64,000 nucleotides of DNA from positions 4,640,001 through 4,704,000 of the forward strand of contig OZ243938.1 of assembly GCA_965214095.1 (NCBI GenBank). The letters run 5' to 3'. Each line of letters starts with the position of its first letter. Within the stretch, counting starts at the first letter, position 1. Below the pieces are notes generated by a model, which saw only the letters and a program-made list of their open reading frames with translations, did no database searches and was not told where the DNA came from. The DNA comes from Candidatus Poribacteria bacterium. GTDB taxonomy: Bacteria; Poribacteria; WGA-4E; WGA-3G. This document shows, piece by piece, positions 48,565 through 57,601 of this stretch. A program made the translations under genes and the position numbers.

Positions 48565-49632
48565 ATGCCATATATATCAAAATCTTATCTCTATTTACGT
48601 TATACCGTCAATTCTTTACTAATTATATGTATGATTGTTTCGCCATTACTGATAAGTAGTTGTAGTGATCAAAAACAACAGTTGAATGTCTTTACATGGT
48701 CTGGCTACGTCAATGATGAGATACGAACTGGATTTGAGAAAGAATTTGGTGTTAAAGTTGTTGTTGGCACCTATGCTACAAACGAAGATCTTCTTGCAAA
48801 ATTATCGGTTGGTGCTTCAGGATACGATATCATTATGCCATCAGATTATATGGTTTCTATCATGATTAAATCAAATTTGCTTGCTGAGTTGGATCGAAAT
48901 AATATACCTAATTTTGATTCTATCAGTCCCGATTACCTTGACAAGTACTTTGATCCTGAAAACCGTTATTCAGTTCCTTACACATTTGGTACAGCAGGCA
49001 TCGCTTATGATTCAGATGTAGTTTCTCCCGCACCTGATAGTTGGACAGTACTATGGAATGAAGAATATAAGAATCAATTCAGTATGCTTGATGACCCACG
49101 TGAAACACCTGGATTGGCATTAAAAATGCTTGGATATAGTCTCAATACAACCGATCCAGAAGAACTGAATCAAGCTAAAGAAAAACTACTTGAGCAAAAA
49201 CCACTCGTAAAACAATACAAGAATGAGGCTGAAGAACTCCTTATTGCAGGAGATGTTGTAATGGCACACTGTTGGAGCGGTGATGCTTTTCGTGCTGCTG
49301 CAGAACGTCCATCTATACGTTATGTAATTCCTAAAGAGGGATCAAGTCAATTCATTGATAATGTCTGTATTCCAAAATACGCACCTCATAAAGACCTTGC
49401 TGAAAAGTTCATCAACTACCTTCTTCGTCCAGAGATTAATGCAAAAATATCAGCATTTACCAAGTATGGCACTTGCGTTCCAGCAGCAAAGGATCACTTA
49501 CCAGAAGAAATACTTATACATGAATATATCTACCCCTCAGAAGATGTATTACAATCCCTTGAATGGATAAGAGATCAAGGCGATTTTACCCAACAATACA
49601 GTCGTGCTTGGGAAGAAATCAAAGCAAAATAA
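48565..49632 (+). CDS. potD: Spermidine/putrescine ABC transporter substrate-binding lipoprotein (PotD/PotF-like)
   Basis: LNVFTWSGY, GYDIIMPSDY, YSVPY.FGT.GI.Y, MLDD.RE, WSGDA, PKEG; lipobox ISSC. Confidence 0.85.
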   Translation: MPYISKSYLYLRYTVNSLLIICMIVSPLLISSCSDQKQQLNVFTWSGYVNDEIRTGFEKEFGVKVVVGTYATNEDLLAKLSVGASGYDIIMPSDYMVSIMIKSNLLAELDRNNIPNFDSISPDYLDKYFDPENRYSVPYTFGTAGIAYDSDVVSPAPDSWTVLWNEEYKNQFSMLDDPRETPGLALKMLGYSLNTTDPEELNQAKEKLLEQKPLVKQYKNEAEELLIAGDVVMAHCWSGDAFRAAAERPSIRYVIPKEGSSQFIDNVCIPKYAPHKDLAEKFINYLLRPEINAKISAFTKYGTCVPAAKDHLPEEILIHEYIYPSEDVLQSLEWIRDQGDFTQQYSRAWEEIKAK

Positions 49633-49771
49633 AGATCCTTTCACCTCTGATCTCGTATATTCTGATGTTTGCTGACAACAATAGTTGAAGAATTGACATC
49701 CAAAAGACAACTTTAACTGTGATTGATAAGAATTCAAGCTTTTCTTAAGTTGATATATGTCTATCCGATAT

Positions 49772-49874
49772 TATAGTGAATTATAAATATAAGTTGGCAC
49801 TTTCGTCCTACGGTAGGTGAGGTTTCCTAACCTCACCGATGCAGAGTGTTCAAGTAATTTCAAAATCTACTATA
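49772..49874 (+). mobile_element. 103-bp TA-ended MITE with central REP hairpin (copy 3)
   Basis: TATAGTGAA...ATCTACTATA; CGGTAGGTGAGGTTTCCTAACCTCACC; 3' arm nearly identical to copy 1. Confidence 0.8.
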
Positions 49875-49897
49875 ATTTTGTCAATTGGAGTTATCTA

Positions 49898-50770
49898 ATG
49901 AAAGTTTGGCATACGTTAAGATATCAGTTTCGAAGTCCAGTGATTCTCCTTATTCATTTTGCTTCATGGGTCTTGTTCTTTTTTCTGTTTGATGGTCCTA
50001 GACACAGTAATATATACGAAATACTGCAAACTCTTATAGATACATTGCATGTAATTCTAATTCTCAGTTTCATCAGCAGTTACCGATTGGCAAGAGGTAA
50101 ACTGAACGGTATTGCAAACACACAACAAGAGTGGATGAATTGGTATCGCAATCAAGAAGAAGATATTCCCAATTACAATAATATACTCACCCAATCTTTA
50201 TCTGAAAAATTCAGGTTAAGTTCGGTATTGATTTCAGTAAAGAACATTATTTTAGAAATATTCCGTAAGCCAATGATATATATCTTTCATTTTATTTGTT
50301 GGCATTTTATCTTTTTTTTGGGAACATTGTTAGATGACCCCATGCAGTTTACAATAAGAGAAAGGCAGTCGATAGGAATATTCCAGATAATTGAAAAGAT
50401 CGTATCTGATATGTCGCATGAATACATTTATGGATTTGCTGTTATTGCAATTTTTGCAATCATTACCTGTATACAAGACGCAAAAGGTAGACTCAAAGGA
50501 ATTGTCCATGAACATCGACAATGGTTAAATTGGTATGAAAATCAAAATGAATCTCTTCCAAAACAAAATAACTTAAATGATACTCCCTCTCTTATATCAA
50601 ATGAAACTGGACTATTATTTGTAAAACGCGAACCGATTTATACCATAATTTATGTTATCAGTGTAATGGTTATTTTCTTTATAATCGCATTACAACTCAT
50701 TCCAATCACAGAGTGGAGTGAAATTAAATTTTTGAGTTGGGTTGCATTGCTTGTACTGCTTTTACGTTAA
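49898..50770 (+). CDS. Hypothetical membrane protein with internal tandem duplication
   Basis: FR.P....HF..W ... A(R/K)G(K/R)L.GI......W.NWY.NQ.E occurs twice; start inferred at MKVWH. Confidence 0.65.
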   Translation: MKVWHTLRYQFRSPVILLIHFASWVLFFFLFDGPRHSNIYEILQTLIDTLHVILILSFISSYRLARGKLNGIANTQQEWMNWYRNQEEDIPNYNNILTQSLSEKFRLSSVLISVKNIILEIFRKPMIYIFHFICWHFIFFLGTLLDDPMQFTIRERQSIGIFQIIEKIVSDMSHEYIYGFAVIAIFAIITCIQDAKGRLKGIVHEHRQWLNWYENQNESLPKQNNLNDTPSLISNETGLLFVKREPIYTIIYVISVMVIFFIIALQLIPITEWSEIKFLSWVALLVLLLR

Positions 50771-50834
50771 ATCACATGATAATCAATCAGACATTAGGAT
50801 TAAACTGATTTTACATATATCTCTCAAAAAATGA

Positions 50835-50863
50835 TTGACACCTATTGAAATAAAATATATGAT
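50835..50863 (+). promoter_or_regulatory. Putative sigma70 promoter
   Basis: TTGACA-N17-TATGAT upstream of the sulfatase. Confidence 0.55.
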
Positions 50864-50942
50864 ATGAATTATTACCTTTAGCGTAAGCGACAATAACAAT
50901 ACTCTCGTTGTATTTCATTATCATAATTGATTGGAGGAACAA

Positions 50943-52340
50943 TTGAGCAGACCGAATATACTATTCATAATGTCAGATGACCATGCATCTCATGCGATGA
51001 GTTGTTACGGAAGTCGTATTAATGAAACCCCGAATCTTGACCGTATCGCAGATGATGGAATGATTTTCCAAAACTGCTTCTGTGTCAATTCTATTTGTAC
51101 GCCGAGTCGGGCAAATATTTTGACAGGTCTACATAGTCATCTCAACGGTGTAAAGACATTAGGTGATAAACTTGATGGGAAAAAACCGAATGTCGCCAAA
51201 ATGCTTCAAGCAGATGGATATCAAACCGCTATGGTCGGCAAATGGCACCTTGGACACGGTGGAGATGCTGACCCTTCTGGTTTTGATTACTGGAACGTTC
51301 TTCCGGGACAGGGTGATTATTATGATCCTGTTATGATTGAAGAAAGCGGCAGAACAAAGCATGAAGGTTATGCTACCGATGTCATCACAGATTTCTCGTT
51401 GGATTGGCTGAAAAATCGGGATAAAGATAATCCGTTCTTCCTAATGTGTCATCACAAAGCACCACATCGTCCTTGGGATTCAGACGAGAAACATGTGCAC
51501 ATGTATGAAGATGAGGATGTCCCAATGCCGGACAACTTCTTTGATGATTATTCTAACCGTTCTAATGCTGCAAAAGAAGCAAAAATGCGTGTCTTTGGAC
51601 ACATGAATGATAGAGACCTAAAGATTGAGAGATTCGGTCCTCCACCAGAAGGTTTATCAGATGAAGAATTGGCTAACTGGCAATATCAACGTTACATCAA
51701 AGAATACTTGCGATGTGTCGCTTCCATAGATGACAATGTTGGAAGATTGCTTGATTATCTTGATGAAGACGGTGTCGCTGATGATACAATGATTATTTAC
51801 ACTTCCGATCAAGGTTTCTTCTTAGGTGACCACGGGTGGTACGACAAACGTTTTATGTATGAAGAATCGCTCCGAATGCCGTTTATTGTGCGTTATCCAC
51901 GTGCTATCGGTGCAGGAAGTTCTACTCACGCAATGGCATTAAATATCGATTTTGCTGAAACCTGGTTGGATTATGCAGGTCTACCAATTCCAGAAAACAT
52001 GCAGGGTTCAAGTTTAAGACCAATTCTTGAAGGAGGAACACCGGATGACTGGCGAACGCAGATGTATTATCGCTACTGGATGCACCTCTCACATCATCAT
52101 GTGCCTGCACATTACGGTGTTCGTACACACAAACACAAACTCATATATTACTATGGGGATCCTATGGGAACTACGGGTTCAGTGAACCAACTCACAGAAC
52201 CTGAATGGGAACTTTTTGATCTTGAAAAAGATCCGAATGAGATGTGCAGCGTTTATGACGATCCTGAATATGCAGATGTTGTCAAAGAATTGACTGCTGA
52301 GTTATACCGCCTCAAAGAGGAAGCATTGGATAACGAATAA
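50943..52340 (+). CDS. Cytoplasmic Cys-type sulfatase (N-acetylglucosamine-6-sulfatase/DUF4976-like)
   Basis: RPNILFIMSDDH, CTPSR, GKWHL, HKAPHR, SDQGFFLGDHG.YDKRFMYEESLRMP. Confidence 0.92.
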   Translation: MSRPNILFIMSDDHASHAMSCYGSRINETPNLDRIADDGMIFQNCFCVNSICTPSRANILTGLHSHLNGVKTLGDKLDGKKPNVAKMLQADGYQTAMVGKWHLGHGGDADPSGFDYWNVLPGQGDYYDPVMIEESGRTKHEGYATDVITDFSLDWLKNRDKDNPFFLMCHHKAPHRPWDSDEKHVHMYEDEDVPMPDNFFDDYSNRSNAAKEAKMRVFGHMNDRDLKIERFGPPPEGLSDEELANWQYQRYIKEYLRCVASIDDNVGRLLDYLDEDGVADDTMIIYTSDQGFFLGDHGWYDKRFMYEESLRMPFIVRYPRAIGAGSSTHAMALNIDFAETWLDYAGLPIPENMQGSSLRPILEGGTPDDWRTQMYYRYWMHLSHHHVPAHYGVRTHKHKLIYYYGDPMGTTGSVNQLTEPEWELFDLEKDPNEMCSVYDDPEYADVVKELTAELYRLKEEALDNE

Positions 52341-52377
52341 GCCGCTACACCTCTTTCTATGAAAATGGAGGATATAA

Positions 52378-53400
52378 ATGGATAGCAATGGTAATCCACT
52401 AAAGAAAATTCCACCAGGTATGAAAGTTACTGCACAGATGTCTCCTGAACCGAGTGAAGCAGACCTTCAGTTTGCAAGACAGATGGATGTTGAGTATGTT
52501 GTGCTCTGGACAAACGGTGCAAATGCAAATTACGACTATTTTATGAGTCGTCGCGAGATATTTGAAAATGCTGGTTTGAAAATATATGGGTTTGGGAACA
52601 GTGATGTCCATAATCAAGATGGTATTGTTCTAAACTTAGAAAACCGTGATGCAAAGATTGAGCAATACAAACAGTATATTCGAGATTTAGGTAAAGCTGG
52701 CATTCCATATACGACTTATGCACACATGGGGAACGGTATCTGGAGTACGGAACGGGAAACGACGCGTGGTGGTGCAAGTGCGCGTGCGTTTAATCTCAAG
52801 AGTGCACAGGAAGGACATTGGGGTGGTAAGAAATATCCAATGCCGCTTTCACACGGTCGAGAATATAGTGAAGAAGAGATTTGGGATAATTACACCTACT
52901 TTATTAAGCAGGCAGCACCTGTAGCCGAGGAAGCAGGCGTAATGATTGGAATACATCCTGATGACCCACCGGCAATACATCTTGCAGGAATTCCAAGATG
53001 TATCTTTAGCAGTTTTGAGGGATATAAACGTGCCCTTGAAATTGCAGACAGTCCAAATGTCGGCATGTGTTTTTGTGTCGGTTGTTGGCTGGAAGGTGGG
53101 GATTTGATGGGGAAAGATGTCATTGAATCTATCCGTTATTTCGGTGAACGCGGCAAGATATTCAAAGTGCATTTCCGCAATGTTGACCAACCACTGCCAC
53201 ATTTCGTTGAAACATTTGTTGATAACGGCTATCAAGACATGTATCAAGTAGCAAAAGCACTGCGTGAAGTAGACTTTAATGGCGTTCTAATTCCAGATCA
53301 TATTCCAAGTATGGCAGGTGACCATCGCGTTGGCACTGCGTATACTATCGCCTATATGAACGCACTTGTAAAACGTGCAAATGAAGAGTTAGCAGCATAA
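52378..53400 (+). CDS. uxuA: Mannonate dehydratase (UxuA)-family protein
   Basis: PVAEEAGV.IGIHPDDPP, KIFKVHFRNV, F.ETF.D.G, IPDH.P. Confidence 0.8.
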   Translation: MDSNGNPLKKIPPGMKVTAQMSPEPSEADLQFARQMDVEYVVLWTNGANANYDYFMSRREIFENAGLKIYGFGNSDVHNQDGIVLNLENRDAKIEQYKQYIRDLGKAGIPYTTYAHMGNGIWSTERETTRGGASARAFNLKSAQEGHWGGKKYPMPLSHGREYSEEEIWDNYTYFIKQAAPVAEEAGVMIGIHPDDPPAIHLAGIPRCIFSSFEGYKRALEIADSPNVGMCFCVGCWLEGGDLMGKDVIESIRYFGERGKIFKVHFRNVDQPLPHFVETFVDNGYQDMYQVAKALREVDFNGVLIPDHIPSMAGDHRVGTAYTIAYMNALVKRANEELAA

Positions 53401-53410
53401 GATAAGCTGA

Positions 53411-53850
53411 AAGTGTCTAAAGTGTCTAAAGTTAATCTAACTGAAACTAAGTTGTTGAATGAAGAATAAAGAATTTGCTAAAATCTTAGAAAAAAGGACG
53501 CAGAAATTTGCTGCGAACATTGTTCTTCTTTCCAAGCAACTTCCACATTCGCCTGAGGGGATGCGTATTCGAGACCAACTAACAGGTTCAGGTACTTCTG
53601 TTGGTGCAAATTATAGGGAAGCAAATCGTGCCCGAAGTCGAAAGGACTTTAGAAATAAAATGCATAATGTGCTGAAACACAATATTGGCTTGAAGTAATT
53701 GTTGATGCCAAAATGCTGGAATGGAATGTAGTTAAATCACATTATGAAGAGTGTAGTGAAATATTAGCTATATTTTCAACTTCAAACAAAAAACTTGATC
53801 AGTAATCGTATACAACCATAGGGAAACAACTTTAGACATTTTAGACACTT
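53411..53850. repeat. 23-bp inverted repeats bracketing the four-helix-bundle gene
   Basis: AAGTGTCTAAAGTGTCTAAAGTT (53411-53433) versus AACTTTAGACATTTTAGACACTT (53828-53850), 22/23 match. Confidence 0.8.
53459..53805 (+). pseudogene. Four-helix-bundle protein (23S rRNA IVP / Avd-like family), frameshifted
   Basis: LEKRT..FA, QL..SGTSVGANYREA.RARS.KDF; continuation AETQYWLEVI...EILAIF lies in a different frame. Confidence 0.85.
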
Positions 53851-53901
53851 ATACCTATAATACCTCACATTTAAATGCAAAAAGATCTTTCACAATTTTT
53901 C

Positions 53902-53930
53902 TTGCAATTAACTTTGATAAATGCTATAAT
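53902..53930 (+). promoter_or_regulatory. Putative sigma70 promoter with long leader before 54217
   Basis: TTGCAA-N17-TATAAT with TG extension. Confidence 0.5.
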
Positions 53931-54216
53931 TTGAAACATATTTGAGTAACCACACGTATGCAAGAATACTAAACAATTACCGTGTGGTGATATAAACAAA
54001 CTGAATTTGACAATGTTGGATTACTTCACTTGTCAGTGTTTATACCATGTGATAGCATAAATTACTGCTTTCACATTAATTAAAATATTTTCGGATATGC
54101 TAGCAAACCGGGAATATATATATTAGTATATGTCGTTTATTTTTGATATTTTTGGAAGCGCGCTTCTTATCTAAACTATCAAATTTGGACAGATTGAATA
54201 AGGAGATTTCATAGCT

Positions 54217-54975
54217 ATGAAAAAATTGGCAATTTTTCTTACAGTTGCTCTTATTGCCATTTCACCATTGGCTTATGCACAGAACTGGCAGCCAGCGGGT
54301 GATCAATGGATAGAAAAATGGTGGGGACTTGATTTAGTCATTCGAACCGGTGGATTCACTGCATCTGCCGAAAAAGATTACCTTGCTGAAGGAACAATTG
54401 ACACTAGTAATAACGAATCCGTTTATACAAATGAAAGTGTTTCTACACGTTTTGGTGCTGGACTCACAGGAAGAACACCAGTAAGATTACCAGCAGATAA
54501 CGGTGGTATTCTTACATGGTCAATTGTGAACCTTGACATTGGTAGCACAAACAACATGTATCAAAGTCATGATATACCAAACAATGCTCCAGGTCATTTA
54601 AGAGATAATATCACTTGGCACGGTATCATCCTCGTCTTGTCCCCCGATGACAGGACAACGACGATACACCCCGCACACGATGACCACGCAGAAATATGGC
54701 TGAACGGCAGAAAGGTCTATAACAATCCCAGTTGGACTGGTGGTGCTCAACAAGCAACGCAACCTACAGAAGTAGACCTCGTTGAGGGTGAAAACTTCTT
54801 GCACTTGAAGTGTGGTGAAGGCGGTGGTGGAGATTATGTCAATCTTCGTTTCTCTGAAGGTGATGAAGATCTCAGGATCGCTCCAACTATGGATGATCAA
54901 TTCCTTGATGTTTTGACTCCTGTTGAACCGAAAGGTAAAGTAACCACAACTTGGGCAGATATTAAACGTAAATAA
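54217..54975 (+). CDS. Secreted hypothetical beta-sandwich protein with C-terminal PVEPKGKVTTTWADIK motif
   Basis: Signal peptide (AYA); HDD.AEIWLNG, L.EGEN.L.LK; AGGAG RBS. Confidence 0.75.
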   Translation: MKKLAIFLTVALIAISPLAYAQNWQPAGDQWIEKWWGLDLVIRTGGFTASAEKDYLAEGTIDTSNNESVYTNESVSTRFGAGLTGRTPVRLPADNGGILTWSIVNLDIGSTNNMYQSHDIPNNAPGHLRDNITWHGIILVLSPDDRTTTIHPAHDDHAEIWLNGRKVYNNPSWTGGAQQATQPTEVDLVEGENFLHLKCGEGGGGDYVNLRFSEGDEDLRIAPTMDDQFLDVLTPVEPKGKVTTTWADIKRK

Positions 54976-54996
54976 AAGTCCGACACTATAGATAAT

Positions 54997-55030
54997 AAAA
55001 ACCCGTATCTTTCATGGATACGGGTTTTTT
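54997..55030. terminator. Bidirectional intrinsic terminator
   Basis: AAAAACCCGTATC...GATACGGGTTTTTT between convergent genes. Confidence 0.85.
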
Positions 55031-55055
55031 CTTGTAGAATATCAAAGATAATGGT

Positions 55056-56717
55056 TTATTCCAATTCAGTAATCGTTAATAACTGATTGATACCAACATT
55101 TTCTATTTTCTGTTCAGTTCCATTTTGCCACTTTACCTTAACACTGTCTATTATATTTGTATTACCTAAACCAAACATCAATCTCAAATCACTACCTGAT
55201 GCATAACTTGATCCGCTCTTTACTTCAGCAATCTGAGTGATTCCACCTGCATTTACTATCACTTTTGATCCTATTCCATCACGATTGTTGCGTTTTCCTA
55301 TCAATCTAATGTTTATCCAATTCTTCCTATTTCCACCTTCATTCATTAGCAAGACTGCATGTTGGTTTGAATTCATAATCACAATATCAATATCACCATC
55401 ATTGTCGTAGTCTGCTGATGCAGCCGCTCTTCCAACAAGTTCCTCAGAAAAGTATGTACCTGATGTCTGCGACACATCTGAAAATGTGCCATCACCTTTG
55501 TTGTGAAAGAGTTGATCCTGTTGTGCATACTTCTCATAATCTGTCAGTCGCTCAATTACTGCTTGTGGATGTCCGTTTGCACAGAATATATCAAGGTTTC
55601 CATCGTTATCATAATCTAAAAAAAGTGGACTAAATCCGACTATAGGTAAAGTTGGTTGCTGTAGTTTGCTTTCCACTGTGGCTTCGGTAAAGTAGAATCC
55701 ATCGTTTCCTGGATCATGCAATTTATAGAGTGTTGCTTTTTCTGAATTTGCAACAATGATATCCAGTAATCCATCGCGATTATAGTCACCACTATCCACT
55801 CCCATTGAACCTTCGGCTATACCGTTTTCATCATATCCCACACCAAGAAACAATCCTACATCTGTGAAAGTGCCATCTCCATTGTTATGATACAAAAAGT
55901 TGCGACTGGTATCATTTGCGACATAGATATCTGGATATCTATCATTGTCGTAATCAAAAGCAATGGCAGCCATTCCTCGTCCTTCACTCGGATTGATTAA
56001 TCCCGCTGTTTCTGTCACATTGGTAAAAGTACCATCACCGTTGTTTCTATAGAGCACATCAGGAGTGCCGGCATAACTTCTTGGGTGTCCATACCCCACT
56101 ATCCCCTTATAGTAAGTAACAGGCATTAATAAATCATATATGAGATAGTTCACAACAAATATATCCAAATCACCGTCAATATCAAAATCCAAAAATACTG
56201 CAGCAATACTCCATAACATATTATCTATACCAGCAGCTTTTGTGATATTGGTAAATGTGCCATCTCCATTATTTTGGTAGAGTGAATCCTGTCCAAAGTT
56301 AGCAACATATAAATCAGGATCACCGTCGTTATCAATATCCCCTGCGGAAGCTGCCATGCCGTATCCTGTATCACCGCAACCTGACTCAGAAGTAACATCA
56401 GTGAATTGTCCGTTTCCATCATTCCTGTAGAGTATATTCTTGGCTTCATTTTCAAGTTTCTCCTTAGAAACTCCATCAGCTGGAACAGGACCACTATTTA
56501 CAAAATAAATGTCTATGTATTCATCTAAGTTATAATCAAAAAAGACGACACCTGACCCCATAGTTTCAATGATATGCTTATGGTCTGTTTTTCCGTTAAT
56601 ATGTTTGAAATCTATACCTGCTTCTGTTGTAACATCAACATATAGAGGGAGTTTATCGGCTGTGCAGAATGTAGCACAAATGAAGAAAAGTATAAGTAAA
56701 ATAAAGATTCTTGACAT
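55056..56717 (-). CDS. CRTAC1-family protein (FG-GAP/VCBS repeats plus ASPIC/UnbV domain)
   Basis: D.DNDG..DLYVAN, LY.N.GDGTFT repeats; NRDGIG.KV, SGSSYAS...RL.FGLG. Confidence 0.92.
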   Translation of the reverse strand: MSRIFILLILFFICATFCTADKLPLYVDVTTEAGIDFKHINGKTDHKHIIETMGSGVVFFDYNLDEYIDIYFVNSGPVPADGVSKEKLENEAKNILYRNDGNGQFTDVTSESGCGDTGYGMAASAGDIDNDGDPDLYVANFGQDSLYQNNGDGTFTNITKAAGIDNMLWSIAAVFLDFDIDGDLDIFVVNYLIYDLLMPVTYYKGIVGYGHPRSYAGTPDVLYRNNGDGTFTNVTETAGLINPSEGRGMAAIAFDYDNDRYPDIYVANDTSRNFLYHNNGDGTFTDVGLFLGVGYDENGIAEGSMGVDSGDYNRDGLLDIIVANSEKATLYKLHDPGNDGFYFTEATVESKLQQPTLPIVGFSPLFLDYDNDGNLDIFCANGHPQAVIERLTDYEKYAQQDQLFHNKGDGTFSDVSQTSGTYFSEELVGRAAASADYDNDGDIDIVIMNSNQHAVLLMNEGGNRKNWINIRLIGKRNNRDGIGSKVIVNAGGITQIAEVKSGSSYASGSDLRLMFGLGNTNIIDSVKVKWQNGTEQKIENVGINQLLTITELE

Positions 56718-56743
56718 GAGGGTTACTCTTTCTCGGAAGGTGT

Positions 56744-57592
56744 TTATTTCTTTTGTGTTTCTGCTGTTTTGACCAATCGAAAACCGACAAAGGATGTCTT
56801 TAAGGTAGGATACAGATAAAATCGGAAGGTTGTACTACATCGTGTAAGTTTGTCAATCCAAGAACCCCCTCTGAGCACACGCCAGCTGCCAACCTCTGGT
56901 CCCTTCGGATTCTGTTTGGGACTATGCAGATAGTAAATATCACTGTACCAATCTGAAGTCCATTCCCAGACGTTTCCTGCCATATCCATGACTCCATAGT
57001 AACTTTTACCTTTAGGATAACTACCTACAGGTGCGATACGATTCTCATAACCATCGTTTTTTTCGGATGTGTTTGCGTTTGGGAGCATTGAATTTCCCCA
57101 CGGCCATAATCTGTCTGTGTAGCCACGTGCAGCCTTCTCCCATTCGGCTTCTGTCGGTAATCGCATACCTTTCCATTCAGCATAAGCCTTTGCATCATGC
57201 CAAGATACACCAACAATAGGATGATCAGGAAACTTACTTGCACGTTCTGGCCAACTTCCAATATGTGGTAGACGTGAGAAACTCTCAGGCGTATGTTGTA
57301 TTTGATCTTGAGAGTTTTCATCCATTTCTTTTTGAAGACTATACCAAAATTCGTAATATTCTGCGTTTGTAACCTCATACTTACTAATATAGTACGCTGA
57401 TAGGTGAACTTTATGCTTAGGTCTTTCATCTGCAGCACGTGCATTGCTTCCCATTGAAAATGTCCCAGCAGGAATCAATATCATCTCAATGTTTTCATCT
57501 TCCGCATTCACACAGAAGTTTATATTCACGCAACATATTATGATTAGAATAGATATTGTATAAAATATTTTGTTTTGCACGACTATAGCCAA
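56744..57592 (-). CDS. FGE-sulfatase (SUMF1-like) domain protein, probably non-catalytic
   Basis: F.MGS, EVTN.EY, P.VGVSW.DA, RLPTEAEWEKAARG, DMAGNVWEW, RGGSW, VGFR. Confidence 0.9.
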   Translation of the reverse strand: MAIVVQNKIFYTISILIIICCVNINFCVNAEDENIEMILIPAGTFSMGSNARAADERPKHKVHLSAYYISKYEVTNAEYYEFWYSLQKEMDENSQDQIQHTPESFSRLPHIGSWPERASKFPDHPIVGVSWHDAKAYAEWKGMRLPTEAEWEKAARGYTDRLWPWGNSMLPNANTSEKNDGYENRIAPVGSYPKGKSYYGVMDMAGNVWEWTSDWYSDIYYLHSPKQNPKGPEVGSWRVLRGGSWIDKLTRCSTTFRFYLYPTLKTSFVGFRLVKTAETQKK

Positions 57593-57601
57593 GTTTGTGG
57601 T

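Noticed and set aside
48565-49632. Orphan PotD-like binding protein as a novel system
   Set aside because: Stand-alone substrate-binding genes are common; permease genes may lie elsewhere in the genome.
49817-49897. N-terminal extension of the membrane protein (and ORFs 33697-33888 and 43857-44057)
   Set aside because: These read through MITE/REP sequence and are probably spurious.
53459-57592. Possible diversity-generating retroelement (Avd-related four-helix bundle near an FGE/C-type-lectin-fold gene)
   Set aside because: No reverse transcriptase and no template repeat matching the FGE 3' end were seen in the window; the bundle gene is frameshifted.
56744-57592. FGE protein as the sulfatase-maturing enzyme
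   Set aside because: Lacks the catalytic Cys pair after RGGS; only one Cys in that region.
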